Origin: a virus
Virus record (IMG/VR): IMGVR_UViG_3300048798_000032
Span: 39,429 to 103,428 of that record
DNA length: 64,000 bases
Direction: 5' to 3' (one strand)
Shown here: piece by piece, positions 50,801 to 60,090 of the stretch
How positions within the stretch are numbered: position 1 is the first letter of the stretch
Layout of the letters: every line of letters starts with the position of its first letter
Made by a program: the position numbers and the translations under genes
The notes under the pieces: generated by a model
What the model was told of the DNA's origin: nothing
Seen by the model: only the letters and a program-made list of their open reading frames with translations
Database searches by the model: none

Positions 50801-52551
50801 TCAGCCCAGGTGCCGCTGGGGCCGAGGCCCTTGGCCAGGTCACCGAACGACGACCCGAACTGGCTGATGGTGGCCCGCGTGTCGTCGCCGATGCTGGTCG
50901 CCCACTGCGACCCCATCGGGCCTATGTCGTTCCAGCCCTTCATCACCGAGGCGAGGTTCTGGCCCTGAATCTCGCGGTTGACCGACCCGATGGCCGTGGC
51001 GATGCCGCCGAGGACAGCCTGGCTGGCGGTCATCCCGGCCACCTGGGAGTTGATGCCGCCGATGAACTTCCGCACCTCGGGGGTCGCCTGCGTGGACTCA
51101 TACCCGGCGTAGGCAATCGCGGCGGCGAGCGCGGCGAACGCGATCACGGTGCCGGTGGTCAGGCCGGCCGCGAGGAGTTTCCCGCTGCCGAGCAGCCCAT
51201 CGAAGCCGGCAACGGACTTCACCATGCTGGCCACGCCAGTGCCGACCCTGGTGAGGGCAGTGACCGCGAGGCCGCCCCACAGGTAGATGCCGTGCAAGGC
51301 CAGCGTGGCCTCCACGATCGGCCGGGGCAGATCACTGAACAGCACCAGCAGCTTCCCGGCACCACCGACCACGTCGAGCAGGAAATGCACGACGCCGGGG
51401 TCTTTGCTCAGCAGGTTGACGATCGCGAGCCCCACGTCGCCGACGAGGCTGCCGAACTGGCTCAGGTACCCGACCCCGGATTGCAGCAGTCCGCCCATGG
51501 TCCGCTGGCTGCCGACCCAGATGTCAATGTTGGCGATCCAGCCTTCCATCAGGCTGGCCACCGAATGGATGGCCGGGCTGAGCAATCCGGCGCTCCGGTT
51601 GACCACGTTCAGGGCGCCGCCGTACAGTTCCAGCGCCTCGGGGGCCAGGGACTGCTGGAGCGCAACGAAATGCTTCGCCAGCGGCGGGATGCTGGAACCC
51701 AGCGCGTCGTTCGCCGAATCAACTGCGTTGAGATGGTTGTAGACGTCCACGGCGGCCGGCCAGAACGCGTACGCGGTGGCGGTGAGCACCGCGAGGGCAC
51801 CCCCCACCGCGATGACGCCCTCAATGGCCGCATCGAGGGCGATATGCCACACGCCAACGGAATGCGTGGCGCTCCCGAACAGTGGCACCGAGCCACCGAG
51901 CCAGCCACGGTAGGCGCGGCCCGCACCAGTCGCCGCGCCAGCGGCCCGCCCCGTGTCGCTGGCGAGCGCCTTCGTCGCCACGTCCGCGGCTACGAGCCCG
52001 GCCGGGTTCGCGTCGAACTTGACCTGCTGGACGATCGGCAGGCTGGTCATCACCTTGGCGGCAGCCTCGACACGCTCAAAACTGACCGTCTGCATGTCGG
52101 CGTACACCGGGATGGTGGCGCCCTTCGTGTTGGTTACGAAGATGCGCGCGGCCTGCTGCGTCTTGAGCAGGCTCGCCTGGTCGATGCCGAACTCAACCGG
52201 CACCGTATCGCCAGCGAGTGCCCCGAGCGCCGCGCGGGCTTTCACCACCGATGCCGGATCGACGTCAAACTTCAGGGGAATGGACTTGCCGGCGGCCAGG
52301 GTGCCGAGTGCGGCGCGGGCTTTCGCCACGCTCCCCGGGTCGAGGGCGAACTTCAGCGGGGCATCCGCGCCACCGAGCAGCCCCAGTTCCGCCTTGATCT
52401 TCGCTACCGAACCCGCGTCCAGGTCCGCTTTGACGTTGACGGTGGGATCCAGCGACGACAGCTCGGACTTGATACCCGCTTGGGTCTTGGCCAGGAACCC
52501 ACGGAAGTCAGGTGCGATTGCTATAGCGGCTGAGCCGGCCAGCACCGCCAT
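47812..52551 (-). CDS. tape measure protein with C-terminal lytic transglycosylase domain
   Basis: 1579 aa, Ala-rich; GDKVPAMLEPGE; RESGWN..SSGAYGIPQ..QIRWGLGYI. Confidence 0.93.
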   Translation of the reverse strand: MAVLAGSAAIAIAPDFRGFLAKTQAGIKSELSSLDPTVNVKADLDAGSVAKIKAELGLLGGADAPLKFALDPGSVAKARAALGTLAAGKSIPLKFDVDPASVVKARAALGALAGDTVPVEFGIDQASLLKTQQAARIFVTNTKGATIPVYADMQTVSFERVEAAAKVMTSLPIVQQVKFDANPAGLVAADVATKALASDTGRAAGAATGAGRAYRGWLGGSVPLFGSATHSVGVWHIALDAAIEGVIAVGGALAVLTATAYAFWPAAVDVYNHLNAVDSANDALGSSIPPLAKHFVALQQSLAPEALELYGGALNVVNRSAGLLSPAIHSVASLMEGWIANIDIWVGSQRTMGGLLQSGVGYLSQFGSLVGDVGLAIVNLLSKDPGVVHFLLDVVGGAGKLLVLFSDLPRPIVEATLALHGIYLWGGLAVTALTRVGTGVASMVKSVAGFDGLLGSGKLLAAGLTTGTVIAFAALAAAIAYAGYESTQATPEVRKFIGGINSQVAGMTASQAVLGGIATAIGSVNREIQGQNLASVMKGWNDIGPMGSQWATSIGDDTRATISQFGSSFGDLAKGLGPSGTWADLGHAVTGFGLAVKDAFVPGAGASIALKNNIAALNTEINSLLGTGKNMDAEVGTLMRGTTSWSYVVGEGTGKVRQLGSGLVETTTGAYTFNQALALMDLAGVKSTDSLTVMRQKVDNLIEGYREMGVRGGILANAVDAVTLSMEEQQSKASNLTQAYTTFIGLVTGSESAFTTFAQGIGTLSKDAAAGKTSLQGIAQASSSLASAQARVASAQSSLSGLQKSGKASADSLSAAHDRLTAAEDSLAGAQGKASAASKTQAVSLNGLSASSLTLRSTWNGSITDAVSLYNAMLLQTQAAGMGSKGYGLLTQAGKDMAASMLPLAKGSSAATAELYALAQVAGYQGPDAFRSLAAWVGKVHDPMANLDSIESKLTVASADLATDTKNLAAAISQNLNQAMSQAIFIASGGQKAYTNFAEAVMKAHGNTSAMIPTARSLAKELVTQTHNVSDAHKEFDVFAIGLGLNRQQADKLWDSLHLNDQALAGMPGKVDPAKKSIAGLGTAFRNLGTDMKDPGSSFSGINFQSDVLQGTLSGRLLPSLQKVVSEMESGSAPAHALAQVIATELNPAAKDGALKNDSLRTAIYNMAEQAGYAGADKIRPLSAWLQNNATSLGNAMAAAKLYGDAIAKDGSQSDAARGARTRLINDLIATGKAAQDSTSQIASMIARVVHIPVKRALEIVMTGDGSYKITGTGFPTLSGHAKTGLGGAELAAGGRIPGYGGGDKVPAMLEPGETVVPKHLTPFVAPLMKAHNVPGFSAGGLVDQGNAAVLSGQYAVNMSSQFATDMASSMVTAMKTAVTAAASAASLAFPSPAAAGTGTAQAIAQRLLATMGWSGQWPALDYLWTRESGWNYLATNPSSGAYGIPQSLPADKMAAAGSDWRTDPATQIRWGLGYIKSVYGSPDAAAAHEQSHGWYDQGINGPWLPPGLSLAANMTGKPEAVVRPDQLVKLAQGGGGDTNYIANFPDAWAAGALQSQVRAAFTAMSVNDTRKARLGRQQ

Positions 52552-52624
52552 TCAGACCCCTCCATCCGGAGTCTTCAGGCAGTAATGCGGTTACCCTGAG
52601 GGTCAGACCGCCAGGGGGCACATC

Positions 52625-52915
52625 ATGGGAGCAAACCGGGGCACCAGCCCGTCACCCGCGACCGGATGGGGGCGGCTCATCCCGCGCACCCGCTGGCAGG
52701 CCGTCGTGGCCATCGTGGCCGTGGCGGCAGCGGTGGTCATGCTGGTGTGGATCGCCACGCCGCAGGACCCGTTCAGCGCGCAGTGCCACCACGACAGCGC
52801 CCTGTATAACCGCGACGTGCAGGAGGCCAGGAACGCCACCAGCGGCGCGGCTCAGTTCGTGGACCTCACCGCCGCGCAGGCCGTCCTCGGCGCGGAAAAA
52901 CAGGACTGTGGCTAA
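52625..52915 (+). CDS. antisense small membrane protein
   Basis: single TM helix followed by a short domain with two Cys. Confidence 0.55.
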   Translation: MGANRGTSPSPATGWGRLIPRTRWQAVVAIVAVAAAVVMLVWIATPQDPFSAQCHHDSALYNRDVQEARNATSGAAQFVDLTAAQAVLGAEKQDCG

Positions 52916-53699
52916 GCGCCTTCACTCTGCACCAGGTGCAGCGGCGGCTCCTGCCCGGTCATCGCCCGGTAGGCCGCGACTGTCATCGCCTTCCGCTTCC
53001 GCACCGCGATTCCCGGCCGCTCGACCGGCTCCGGTCTCGCCGGTGCCCGGTCTTTGCTGTGAACGGCCGCGTACATCCAGCCGAACGCCCGGACCGCGTC
53101 GATGAGGGAGGCGAGCAGCATCTGGTCTGCCGACCATGGGGCTTTCGCCGGGTCTGCGCCTTCGGAGGCTTGCGCCGCCAGTTCCGGCTCAGCGGCCCGC
53201 AGGGCGGTCATGGTGGCCGACTCGGGCGGCAGGTGGTGGACGAGGGCACCAAGCTTGCGCCACGTCAGCGATGTGCCGGGATGCCACAGGTCCAGCAGGT
53301 CGATCCGGTAGTAGCGGTGCAGGTCAGCCTCGACAGCGCTCCCGTGCTGGGTCAGGAGCCCGGCGAGGCGCTGGATTCCCCCGGCTCAGCCCCGGAATGG
53401 TCCTTCCAGCGCTTCCACAGCTCGTTGTAGCCGCCGGCGCTGAGTTCGCTGGCGTCGAACCTTGCCCACTGGCTGCCCAGGCCAGCGCGCACCATGTCGG
53501 CAACGATCGTCTCCCCATTCGCGGAAACGTGCCAGTCCATGTCGAGCAGGTGCGGCAGTTCGAACCGGTGGCCACCGAGGGTGAACCGGAACGGCTCATG
53601 CAGCGCCTCGGCCTGGTAGGCGTCCAGGTCGAACGCGTCCGGCTTCCCATTGGCCCTGTTCTCCCGCACCGGCCTGCCCGGTGCGCGTGGCGGCGTCAT
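52912..53699 (-). CDS. tail assembly chaperone pair (53352-53699 plus -1 frameshift extension to 52912)
   Basis: slippery GGGGGAA at 53382-53376; the -1 frame is open: GIQRLAGLL..VEADLHRYYRIDL..LPPESA. Confidence 0.85.
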
Positions 53700-54298
53700 G
53701 AGTTGCTCGCGGCGGGAGTCAGCGGCGAGTTGTCCAGCCGGTAGCAGGTGACCTCGTTCGCGTCCGGGTAGGCGGTGATGGTGAGGTCGTACATGGCCAC
53801 GTTGTTCGGCGCATACGTGACGTTGGCGCGGGTGGTGACCTCCCCGGCGGGCAGGTAGAACTGCTGAATCACCGGGCCGTCAGCGACCCGGAACAGCCAG
53901 CCGCGCCGGTCGGGCACCGCCGACGAGGTTTCCGCCACCGTCCGCAGCCCCGACGCCCGCGTCAGCGACGCGAGCGGGGTCCGGAACATGACGGACTGGC
54001 AGATGTCCCGTTCCGTCTCCAGCATCACCACCTGGATCGTCTTCGTCTCATCGGTGTACAGCACCCGGAACGGGGACAGGATGCCGATGGCCATCACGTT
54101 GACGGTGGTCTCACTGAACGCCTCGATCAGGCCGGTGGAGTCGCACGCCCCGACCGGGATCCATGCGGCGCCGGGAACCACGGTTGGGTCGGTGGGTGCG
54201 GCTGGGGCAGTGGCGGCGAAGTCGGTGGTGAACGCGACAGCGTTGCCCGCGGACAGGGTCAGGGACTCGTCGCGGTCCACAACAAAGGGGGTAGTCAA
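53696..54298 (-). CDS. major tail protein
   Basis: position; GEVT..YDLTITAYPD. Confidence 0.8.
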   Translation of the reverse strand: MTTPFVVDRDESLTLSAGNAVAFTTDFAATAPAAPTDPTVVPGAAWIPVGACDSTGLIEAFSETTVNVMAIGILSPFRVLYTDETKTIQVVMLETERDICQSVMFRTPLASLTRASGLRTVAETSSAVPDRRGWLFRVADGPVIQQFYLPAGEVTTRANVTYAPNNVAMYDLTITAYPDANEVTCYRLDNSPLTPAASNS

Positions 54299-54348
54299 TG
54301 GTTCGCCTTTCTAAGCGGGCAGCAGCAGCAGCGGCAGGGATTCCCTGT

Positions 54349-54774
54349 TCAGCCGGGAATTGCGTGGCAGTAAAGCTCGTAGGTGGCGTTGCACCTGCGG
54401 ACGGCCAGATCCTGGTAGGTCAGCCAGCCGGGGCCTTTGACCGTGCTCACCAAGCCGATGACGGCGTTCCCGGCGATCTGGCCTTGCAGCGCGAAATGCA
54501 TCAGCTTCTGCACCTGGGCGCCGAGTTCCTGCGCTTGCATCCGGGTAGCGGCGAAGCAGTCGATGTCCACCACGGGCCGGTCCAGGATGCCCAGGATGTC
54601 CGTTCCGGTGGTCTTGGAAACCGCGACGACGGGGACGATGGACGCCAGGTTCTCGGGGGTCTCCGTGCAGACCCGCGCGGTCACCCCGTAGACGGCCTCA
54701 AGCTGGGCACCCAGCCACGGCACGAGGACGTTCTCAATGTCGGGGAAGATCGCGGGGATCGCCGGGTAACTCAA
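54349..54774 (-). CDS. tail terminator
   Basis: FPDIE..DRPVVDIDCFA; position. Confidence 0.7.
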   Translation of the reverse strand: MSYPAIPAIFPDIENVLVPWLGAQLEAVYGVTARVCTETPENLASIVPVVAVSKTTGTDILGILDRPVVDIDCFAATRMQAQELGAQVQKLMHFALQGQIAGNAVIGLVSTVKGPGWLTYQDLAVRRCNATYELYCHAIPG

Positions 54775-55136
54775 TCCCGTGCCCCTTCGATGAGGGCTTT
54801 CAGCAGCGTGTGACGTGCTGTTATGTTTTTATTGCCCCATTCGATCATGATCGCTTCGGGTGCGTCGTTTTCGACCATGCACCAGGCCCGGTCACTGAGT
54901 ACCGTCGCGCCGGGCAGCCCGGACGGCCCCGAGGAAATATGGAACGACTCTTTGTACCGGCCCCGGTGCGGGTCGGGCCTGCCGTCCCAATCGTCGTCCT
55001 GCTTCGCCACCGGGGCGGTCGCGATGGCCAGCGCCATGACAGCCTCACCCCGGCGCACCATTTCGGCTTCCATCTCCGGGGCGCGCATCAACTCGCCGAT
55101 CGCGGCGTAGCTCATCTCGACGGTGACATCTGCCAT
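54771..55136 (-). CDS. neck protein (HK97 gp10-like)
   Basis: APV..GRYKES..IEWG..HTLLKA. Confidence 0.7.
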   Translation of the reverse strand: MADVTVEMSYAAIGELMRAPEMEAEMVRRGEAVMALAIATAPVAKQDDDWDGRPDPHRGRYKESFHISSGPSGLPGATVLSDRAWCMVENDAPEAIMIEWGNKNITARHTLLKALIEGARD

Positions 55137-55161
55137 GGCGTGCCCCCGTCCGGTTAGGGTG

Positions 55162-55719
55162 ATGAGCGTGACGGCAGACGATCCCCTGGTGGAGTTCCTG
55201 GGAAAGCGCATCAACGAGGACGAGGCGGCGGCGAGGGCGGTTAAGCCGCTGGGTTACACGGCCGACATGGGCGGCCACCGGCTCGACGAGACGTTCTCCC
55301 ACGCCAGGATCCGTTTTGCGAGCGAGGATGGCCGGTCGGGCATCGAACCCGACGAGGTGGCCAGCCAGCATTTCGGCCGCCACGACCCGGCGCGTGCACT
55401 CCGTGAGGTCAGCGCCAGCCGCGAACTCATCGGCCAGTACGAGCGCCTGCTGAGGATACAGGAACGCCACGAGCGCGAATGCGCGGCCTACGCCGCTGCC
55501 GTCGAGCACGAACGGCTGACCGGGCGCTGGCCGGAAGACGCGGGTGAACCCGGCTCACGGCAGCGTGCGATTCAGCGGGAGAGCGACTACCTGGCCCCGA
55601 TGCTGTCGATCCTGCGTGGTCTCATCGCCGGCCGGGCAGCCGTCTGGTCCGGTCACCCGGACTACGGGGCAGCAGCCGCAAAGCCGGGTCAGCCGGTGAT
55701 CTTCAGCAGTTCAACCTGA
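55162..55719 (+). CDS. DUF6221-like protein, antisense in the neck operon
   Basis: LVEFL..RINEDE..HDPARALREV..HPDY. Confidence 0.7.
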   Translation: MSVTADDPLVEFLGKRINEDEAAARAVKPLGYTADMGGHRLDETFSHARIRFASEDGRSGIEPDEVASQHFGRHDPARALREVSASRELIGQYERLLRIQERHERECAAYAAAVEHERLTGRWPEDAGEPGSRQRAIQRESDYLAPMLSILRGLIAGRAAVWSGHPDYGAAAAKPGQPVIFSSST

Positions 55720-56081
55720 AGTACACCCGGTGCCCCGGTGAACGGGGACTGGAAAGCACCCGGTGTGCCGGACACCTCCCACGTCTCCTCGTTGATCACG
55801 ACCAAATCCGTCAGCCCTATCTGGGTACCGGGGGGGAAGAACGCGGTGTACCCGGCCGAGACGATGTACTGACCCGACCGGGATTCAGCGAACGAGGACG
55901 CACGGGTGGCACGGGGTGCGAGCTTCAGCATCAGCGGCTCGAGCACCGCGTTGACGACGGTGGTGGCTATCGTGCCGTAAATGTCGTTGCCGAGGGCGTC
56001 GGTCCCGGTGACGCCCTGGGTCAGGATGGTGACCGGTGTCCCACCGGGCCAGTCGGAGGTCAGCGCGACACTGCTGCTCAC
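55689..56081 (-). CDS. head-to-tail stopper
   Basis: DALGND, WEVSGTP..SPFTG; start GTG 56081 or ATG 56084. Confidence 0.75.
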   Translation of the reverse strand: MSSSVALTSDWPGGTPVTILTQGVTGTDALGNDIYGTIATTVVNAVLEPLMLKLAPRATRASSFAESRSGQYIVSAGYTAFFPPGTQIGLTDLVVINEETWEVSGTPGAFQSPFTGAPGVLQVELLKITG

Positions 56082-57416
56082 CATGACCTCCGGAGGATGC
56101 CCCGCCGTTCACGGCGGGGAGGAATCCGGTGCCGTGCTCCGCGCGGCACATGTCTTACGGTCATGTCGGATATCCTGTAAGCATGAGGACGGCGTATAAG
56201 TGCCGGGCGTATCCCGGCGAGGCGCAGCAGCAGATGCTTGCGCGTACGTTCGGCTGCGTCCGCGTCGTCTGGAACCGCACCCTGGCTGACCGGCACCGGC
56301 TGTACCACGCTGAGGGCAAGAGCCTGACCTACGCCGCGTCCGATGCGGCGCTGACCGTCATGAAGAAAGACCCGGACCTCGCCTGGCTCAACGAGGTGTC
56401 TTCGGTCCCGCTTCAGCAGGCGCTGCGGCATCAGTACAAGGCGTTCAGTAACTTCTTCGCCAAGCGCGCCCGCTACCCGCGTTTCAAGTCCCGACAGTCT
56501 CGCCAGTCGGCCACCTACACCCGGTCGGCGTTCCGCATGAAGGACGGCGCGCTGTTGCTGGCCAAGATGGATGAGCCGCTCCCGTTCGTCTGGTCGTGGC
56601 CGGATGTGGACGTGACCAGCCTCGACCCGACGACGGTGACGGTTTCCCGCGATCCGTGCGGGCGCTGGTACGTCTCGTTCGCCGTTGACGTACCCGATCC
56701 GGCGCAGTTCCCGGCCACCGGAGCCGTCGTGGGCGTTGACCTGGGCATCAAGGACTTCGCCGTGACCTCGGACGGGGAGAAGATCGCCAACCCGCGGCAC
56801 CTGGCCAAGCGGGAACGTAACCTTGCCCGCTACCAGCGCAGGCTCGCCCGCTGCCAGCGCGGCTCCGCGAACCGGGCCAAGGCGAAAGCTAAGGTTGCCC
56901 GCGCCCACCGGAAAGTCCGCGCGTCCCGGGCCGACTTCCTGCACCGCACATCTGCCCGGCTCGTCCGCGACCACGACGTGATCGTGCTGGAAGACCTGGC
57001 CGTCCGCAACATGGTCCGCTGCCGGTCGCTGGCTAAGGCCATCTCCGACTGCGGCTGGGGCGAGTTCCGGCGTCAACTGGAGTACAAGGCGGAACGCCAT
57101 GGTCGGCATGTCATCGTGATCGACCGCTGGTTCCCGTCCAGCAAGACCTGCTCGGCCTGCGGGCACCTGCTCGCCGGGTTGAGCCTGAAGACGAGGCACT
57201 GGACGTGCCCCGCCTGCGGCACCCTGCACGACAGGGACGTTAACGCCGCGAAGAACATAGCTGCGGCTGGTCGAGCCGTAGCCGGGAGCGATCCCGGCGA
57301 TGCCTGCGGAGCTGGTGTCAGACACGGCGGGGCAACCCCCGTGCAGTCGGCTGTGAAACAGGAACCCCGGCGGGTGACCGCTGGAATCCCCGTCCTTCAG
57401 GGCGGGGAGTAGTCAA
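56082..57416 (+). mobile_element. tnpB-only IS200/IS605-family element
   Basis: inserted after TCAC; left hairpin CCCCGCCG-TTCA-CGGCGGGG; right end GAAT-hairpin-..TCAA. Confidence 0.85.
56183..57412 (+). CDS. tnpB: TnpB RNA-guided endonuclease
   Basis: HTH FGCVRVVWN; RuvC GVDLG / VLEDL / DRDVNAA intact; Zn finger CSACG..CPACG. Confidence 0.95.
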   Translation: MRTAYKCRAYPGEAQQQMLARTFGCVRVVWNRTLADRHRLYHAEGKSLTYAASDAALTVMKKDPDLAWLNEVSSVPLQQALRHQYKAFSNFFAKRARYPRFKSRQSRQSATYTRSAFRMKDGALLLAKMDEPLPFVWSWPDVDVTSLDPTTVTVSRDPCGRWYVSFAVDVPDPAQFPATGAVVGVDLGIKDFAVTSDGEKIANPRHLAKRERNLARYQRRLARCQRGSANRAKAKAKVARAHRKVRASRADFLHRTSARLVRDHDVIVLEDLAVRNMVRCRSLAKAISDCGWGEFRRQLEYKAERHGRHVIVIDRWFPSSKTCSACGHLLAGLSLKTRHWTCPACGTLHDRDVNAAKNIAAAGRAVAGSDPGDACGAGVRHGGATPVQSAVKQEPRRVTAGIPVLQGGE

Positions 57417-58369
57417 GGCACCAGTGCCTCCACGGCCTCACACCACTGCTTCAGCTCCCCAGCGGGGTCCAGTTCCGCGAACCGGTCCCGTCCCGCCGCG
57501 GACGCCTTCTGCCACGCCGCAGGCTTGGCCAGCCGCCGGATCTGCCGTACCCACGACTGCGGGTCGTCCCGGTCAGCCCAGACCGCCGCATCCCCCAGGT
57601 TCTCCGCGAGTGCCCCTTCGGCGCGGTGGGCGATGACCGGGATACCTGAGCACATCGCCTCGGTGGCCACCCGGCCCCACGACTCGTAGTCCGAGGGGAC
57701 CAGCAGGATCCGGGTCCGCGCGTACACCTCGTCCCGCATCCGCCGGCCGTCCACCTGATCCAGCACCGTCACGTTCGGCAGCCCGTCAGGACCGGTAACC
57801 TGTTCCCCATAGGCACCCTGGACGCCGAGGAACTCCACATCCGGCATCGCGCGGGCAAGCTGCCAGAACAGTTCCCCGCCTTTGCAGCCGGCCATGTTGA
57901 TGAGGGTCACCGCTGTGCCCGGCTCCGTCCGGTAGGCCACGGGGTCCACCGGGGGACGCACGGTCACCGACGCGCCCGGCGGCGTGATGCGCCCGGCCAT
58001 CCATGCGCTGTTGAGCACGGTCAGTGCCGGGCTGGCGGCCTCCAGTTCGGCGACCGCCCGCAGGAGCGTGTTGTGCTGCACGACGATCAGCGGCACCCCG
58101 TAACCCCGCGCCGACGCGGCGACAGGAGGCACGTTCTCCAGGTGCGTCACGTATGCATCTGGCCTGGGGAGCACGTTCCAGGTGCCGGGGGGCAGCACGC
58201 AGATCCCGTCGATCACCCACGGGTGCATCCCGGTCGCGGGGACCTGCGTCAGGTGCACCTCCACCATGTGACCCCGGTCGCTGAGGGCACTAAGGAGGGG
58301 AAGGAGAAACCATTCCGCGCCTGCATTATGCGCTGGCGGGAATCCATGCACGCGGGCTACAATTCGCAT
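57413..58369 (-). CDS. glycosyltransferase (GT-B, GT4-like)
   Basis: PPAHNAGAE, KGG, PSDYESWGRVATEAMCSGIPVIA. Confidence 0.88.
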   Translation of the reverse strand: MRIVARVHGFPPAHNAGAEWFLLPLLSALSDRGHMVEVHLTQVPATGMHPWVIDGICVLPPGTWNVLPRPDAYVTHLENVPPVAASARGYGVPLIVVQHNTLLRAVAELEAASPALTVLNSAWMAGRITPPGASVTVRPPVDPVAYRTEPGTAVTLINMAGCKGGELFWQLARAMPDVEFLGVQGAYGEQVTGPDGLPNVTVLDQVDGRRMRDEVYARTRILLVPSDYESWGRVATEAMCSGIPVIAHRAEGALAENLGDAAVWADRDDPQSWVRQIRRLAKPAAWQKASAAGRDRFAELDPAGELKQWCEAVEALVP

Positions 58370-58998
58370 TAACGCAGCCTCGCCTGAATGGTCTGCACCG
58401 TATTCCGGAAGTCCTTCAGGATCGCCAGATCAGCTTGCGACAGGGATACCGCGACGCCGCCGCCCCCGGCTTCCAGCTTGTACGAATACGCGCCAATTGT
58501 CTCAGCGACCACTCCCGCTGCGGAAGTTGGTGCCGTGAGCACTCCGAGAGCGGCGTTGGCGCACACCATGACTACCTCGTCGGGCACCGACGTGTAACCG
58601 AAGCTGTAGGTGACGTAGTAGGTGCCGGGGTACTCGTAGTCCCACCAGACCTCGGGCAGGTTGATTATCCCGATCCCGCGCTCGAACCGGATCGTCCGGA
58701 TCCCGTCGAAGGTGAACCACGGGATCGGCACGTCCGGCAGCCCCATCCCGCCGCCGATCGCCACCACCGAAGACACGTCCTGCACCGGGTACTGCGGCAG
58801 CCAGATCTCGCTGTCATGCCCGTACAGGGTCTGCGTCTCCTCCGTGTGCAGCAGGAAATCCCGGCGGCAGTAGCGCCTGATCTGCGCCGACGCGTCCGCG
58901 AGGAGGGCATCGAGCCGGGCCACCTCGGCGGCGGTGACGTTGCGTCCCAGCCTTGCCGAAACATCGGTGACCTGGGCGAGAGGGGGAAGTGACGGCAT
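58369..58998 (-). CDS. head-to-tail adaptor
   Basis: LAQVTDV..LLADASAQIR..ETIGAYSY. Confidence 0.8.
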   Translation of the reverse strand: MPSLPPLAQVTDVSARLGRNVTAAEVARLDALLADASAQIRRYCRRDFLLHTEETQTLYGHDSEIWLPQYPVQDVSSVVAIGGGMGLPDVPIPWFTFDGIRTIRFERGIGIINLPEVWWDYEYPGTYYVTYSFGYTSVPDEVVMVCANAALGVLTAPTSAAGVVAETIGAYSYKLEAGGGGVAVSLSQADLAILKDFRNTVQTIQARLR

Positions 58999-59031
58999 GA
59001 CGCTCCCTCCCCTCGCCGCTGCCTGCCGGGT

Positions 59032-59358
59032 CTACTGGAACGCGATGACGGTGACCGCCGACGCGGTGGACGCCTGCCCCCACAGGGCATCCCCCGGGTC
59101 CAGGACGAGTTCCTCCAGGGCCAGGTTCACGTCATACACCAGGGCCGACGCGGAGGCCGCCGGGATGACCACGCCGCCGCCGGTGGTGGCCTCGACGGTG
59201 CCGGAGATGTGCCGGACCAGGGTCAGGGTGAGGGTGACCGCCGAGCCGGTGGCGTTGACCGCGACGATCTGCGAGATCGTCACCGCCGCCGACGTGCTGT
59301 TGGTGTACAGCGCCGCATTCGTGGCGGACGGCTGCGCGTTGTAGTAAATCGTTCCCAT
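59032..59358 (-). CDS. small virion protein
   Basis: LYT..IVAVN..LVLDPGD; beta-rich. Confidence 0.6.
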   Translation of the reverse strand: MGTIYYNAQPSATNAALYTNSTSAAVTISQIVAVNATGSAVTLTLTLVRHISGTVEATTGGGVVIPAASASALVYDVNLALEELVLDPGDALWGQASTASAVTVIAFQ

Positions 59359-59510
59359 GACGGGGGTATTCCTTTCACATTCCCGCATGTAGGCGGGGAA
59401 AAGGGGAAAGCCTGATCTGATACCGGGTAGAATGGGAACCCAGGCAGCAAGCGGCCCCGGAGTCGCGGTGTTAGAGCACCGGCCGGGGCCTGACCGGAAT
59501 GGAGCCGGCT

Positions 59511-60089
59511 ATGAGCAAGTCTCCCACCCCATCCGACAGGCCAGAGTCCTGGCGTCCCGTTCCCGGGTACGAGGGCCTCTACCTCGTCAGCGACAAGGGC
59601 AGAGTCCAGAGCCTGCCGAGAAGAACGGCGACCAACGGGACGCGTGGCGGCAAGATGCTGAAGCCAGCCCTGCGCGGGCACAGCGGCTACGAGCGCCACT
59701 ACGTGATCCTGTGCAAGGGCAGCCGGTCGACCAACTGGCCGGTCGCAGTCCACCAGCTCGTGATGCTTGCCTTCGAGGGACCGTGCCCGCAGGGTCAGGA
59801 GGTCCGCCACTTGGACGGGAACCCGTTCGGGAATTGGTACCCGGAGAACCTGGCCTACGGAACTCACAAGGAGAACGGGGCCGATATGGCACGCCACGGC
59901 TTCGCGAAGGCCGGTGCGAGCCGGGGGGAAGGGCACTTCCGGGCGAAGCTCACCGAGGAACTTGTCATCCAGATCCGCAAGGAGTATGCAGCAGGCGGCG
60001 TGACCGAGCGCGACCTTGCCTCACGGCATGGCGTGAATGTCTCAACCCTCCACCGGCTGCTGGTCCGGAAGACCTGGACCCACGTCTAG
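59511..60089 (+). CDS. NUMOD4-HNH homing endonuclease
   Basis: WRPVPGYEGLYLVSDKGRV, VHQLV..AF, VRHLDGN..NLAYGTHKEN, AKLTE. Confidence 0.9.
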   Translation: MSKSPTPSDRPESWRPVPGYEGLYLVSDKGRVQSLPRRTATNGTRGGKMLKPALRGHSGYERHYVILCKGSRSTNWPVAVHQLVMLAFEGPCPQGQEVRHLDGNPFGNWYPENLAYGTHKENGADMARHGFAKAGASRGEGHFRAKLTEELVIQIRKEYAAGGVTERDLASRHGVNVSTLHRLLVRKTWTHV

Positions 60090-60090
60090 G

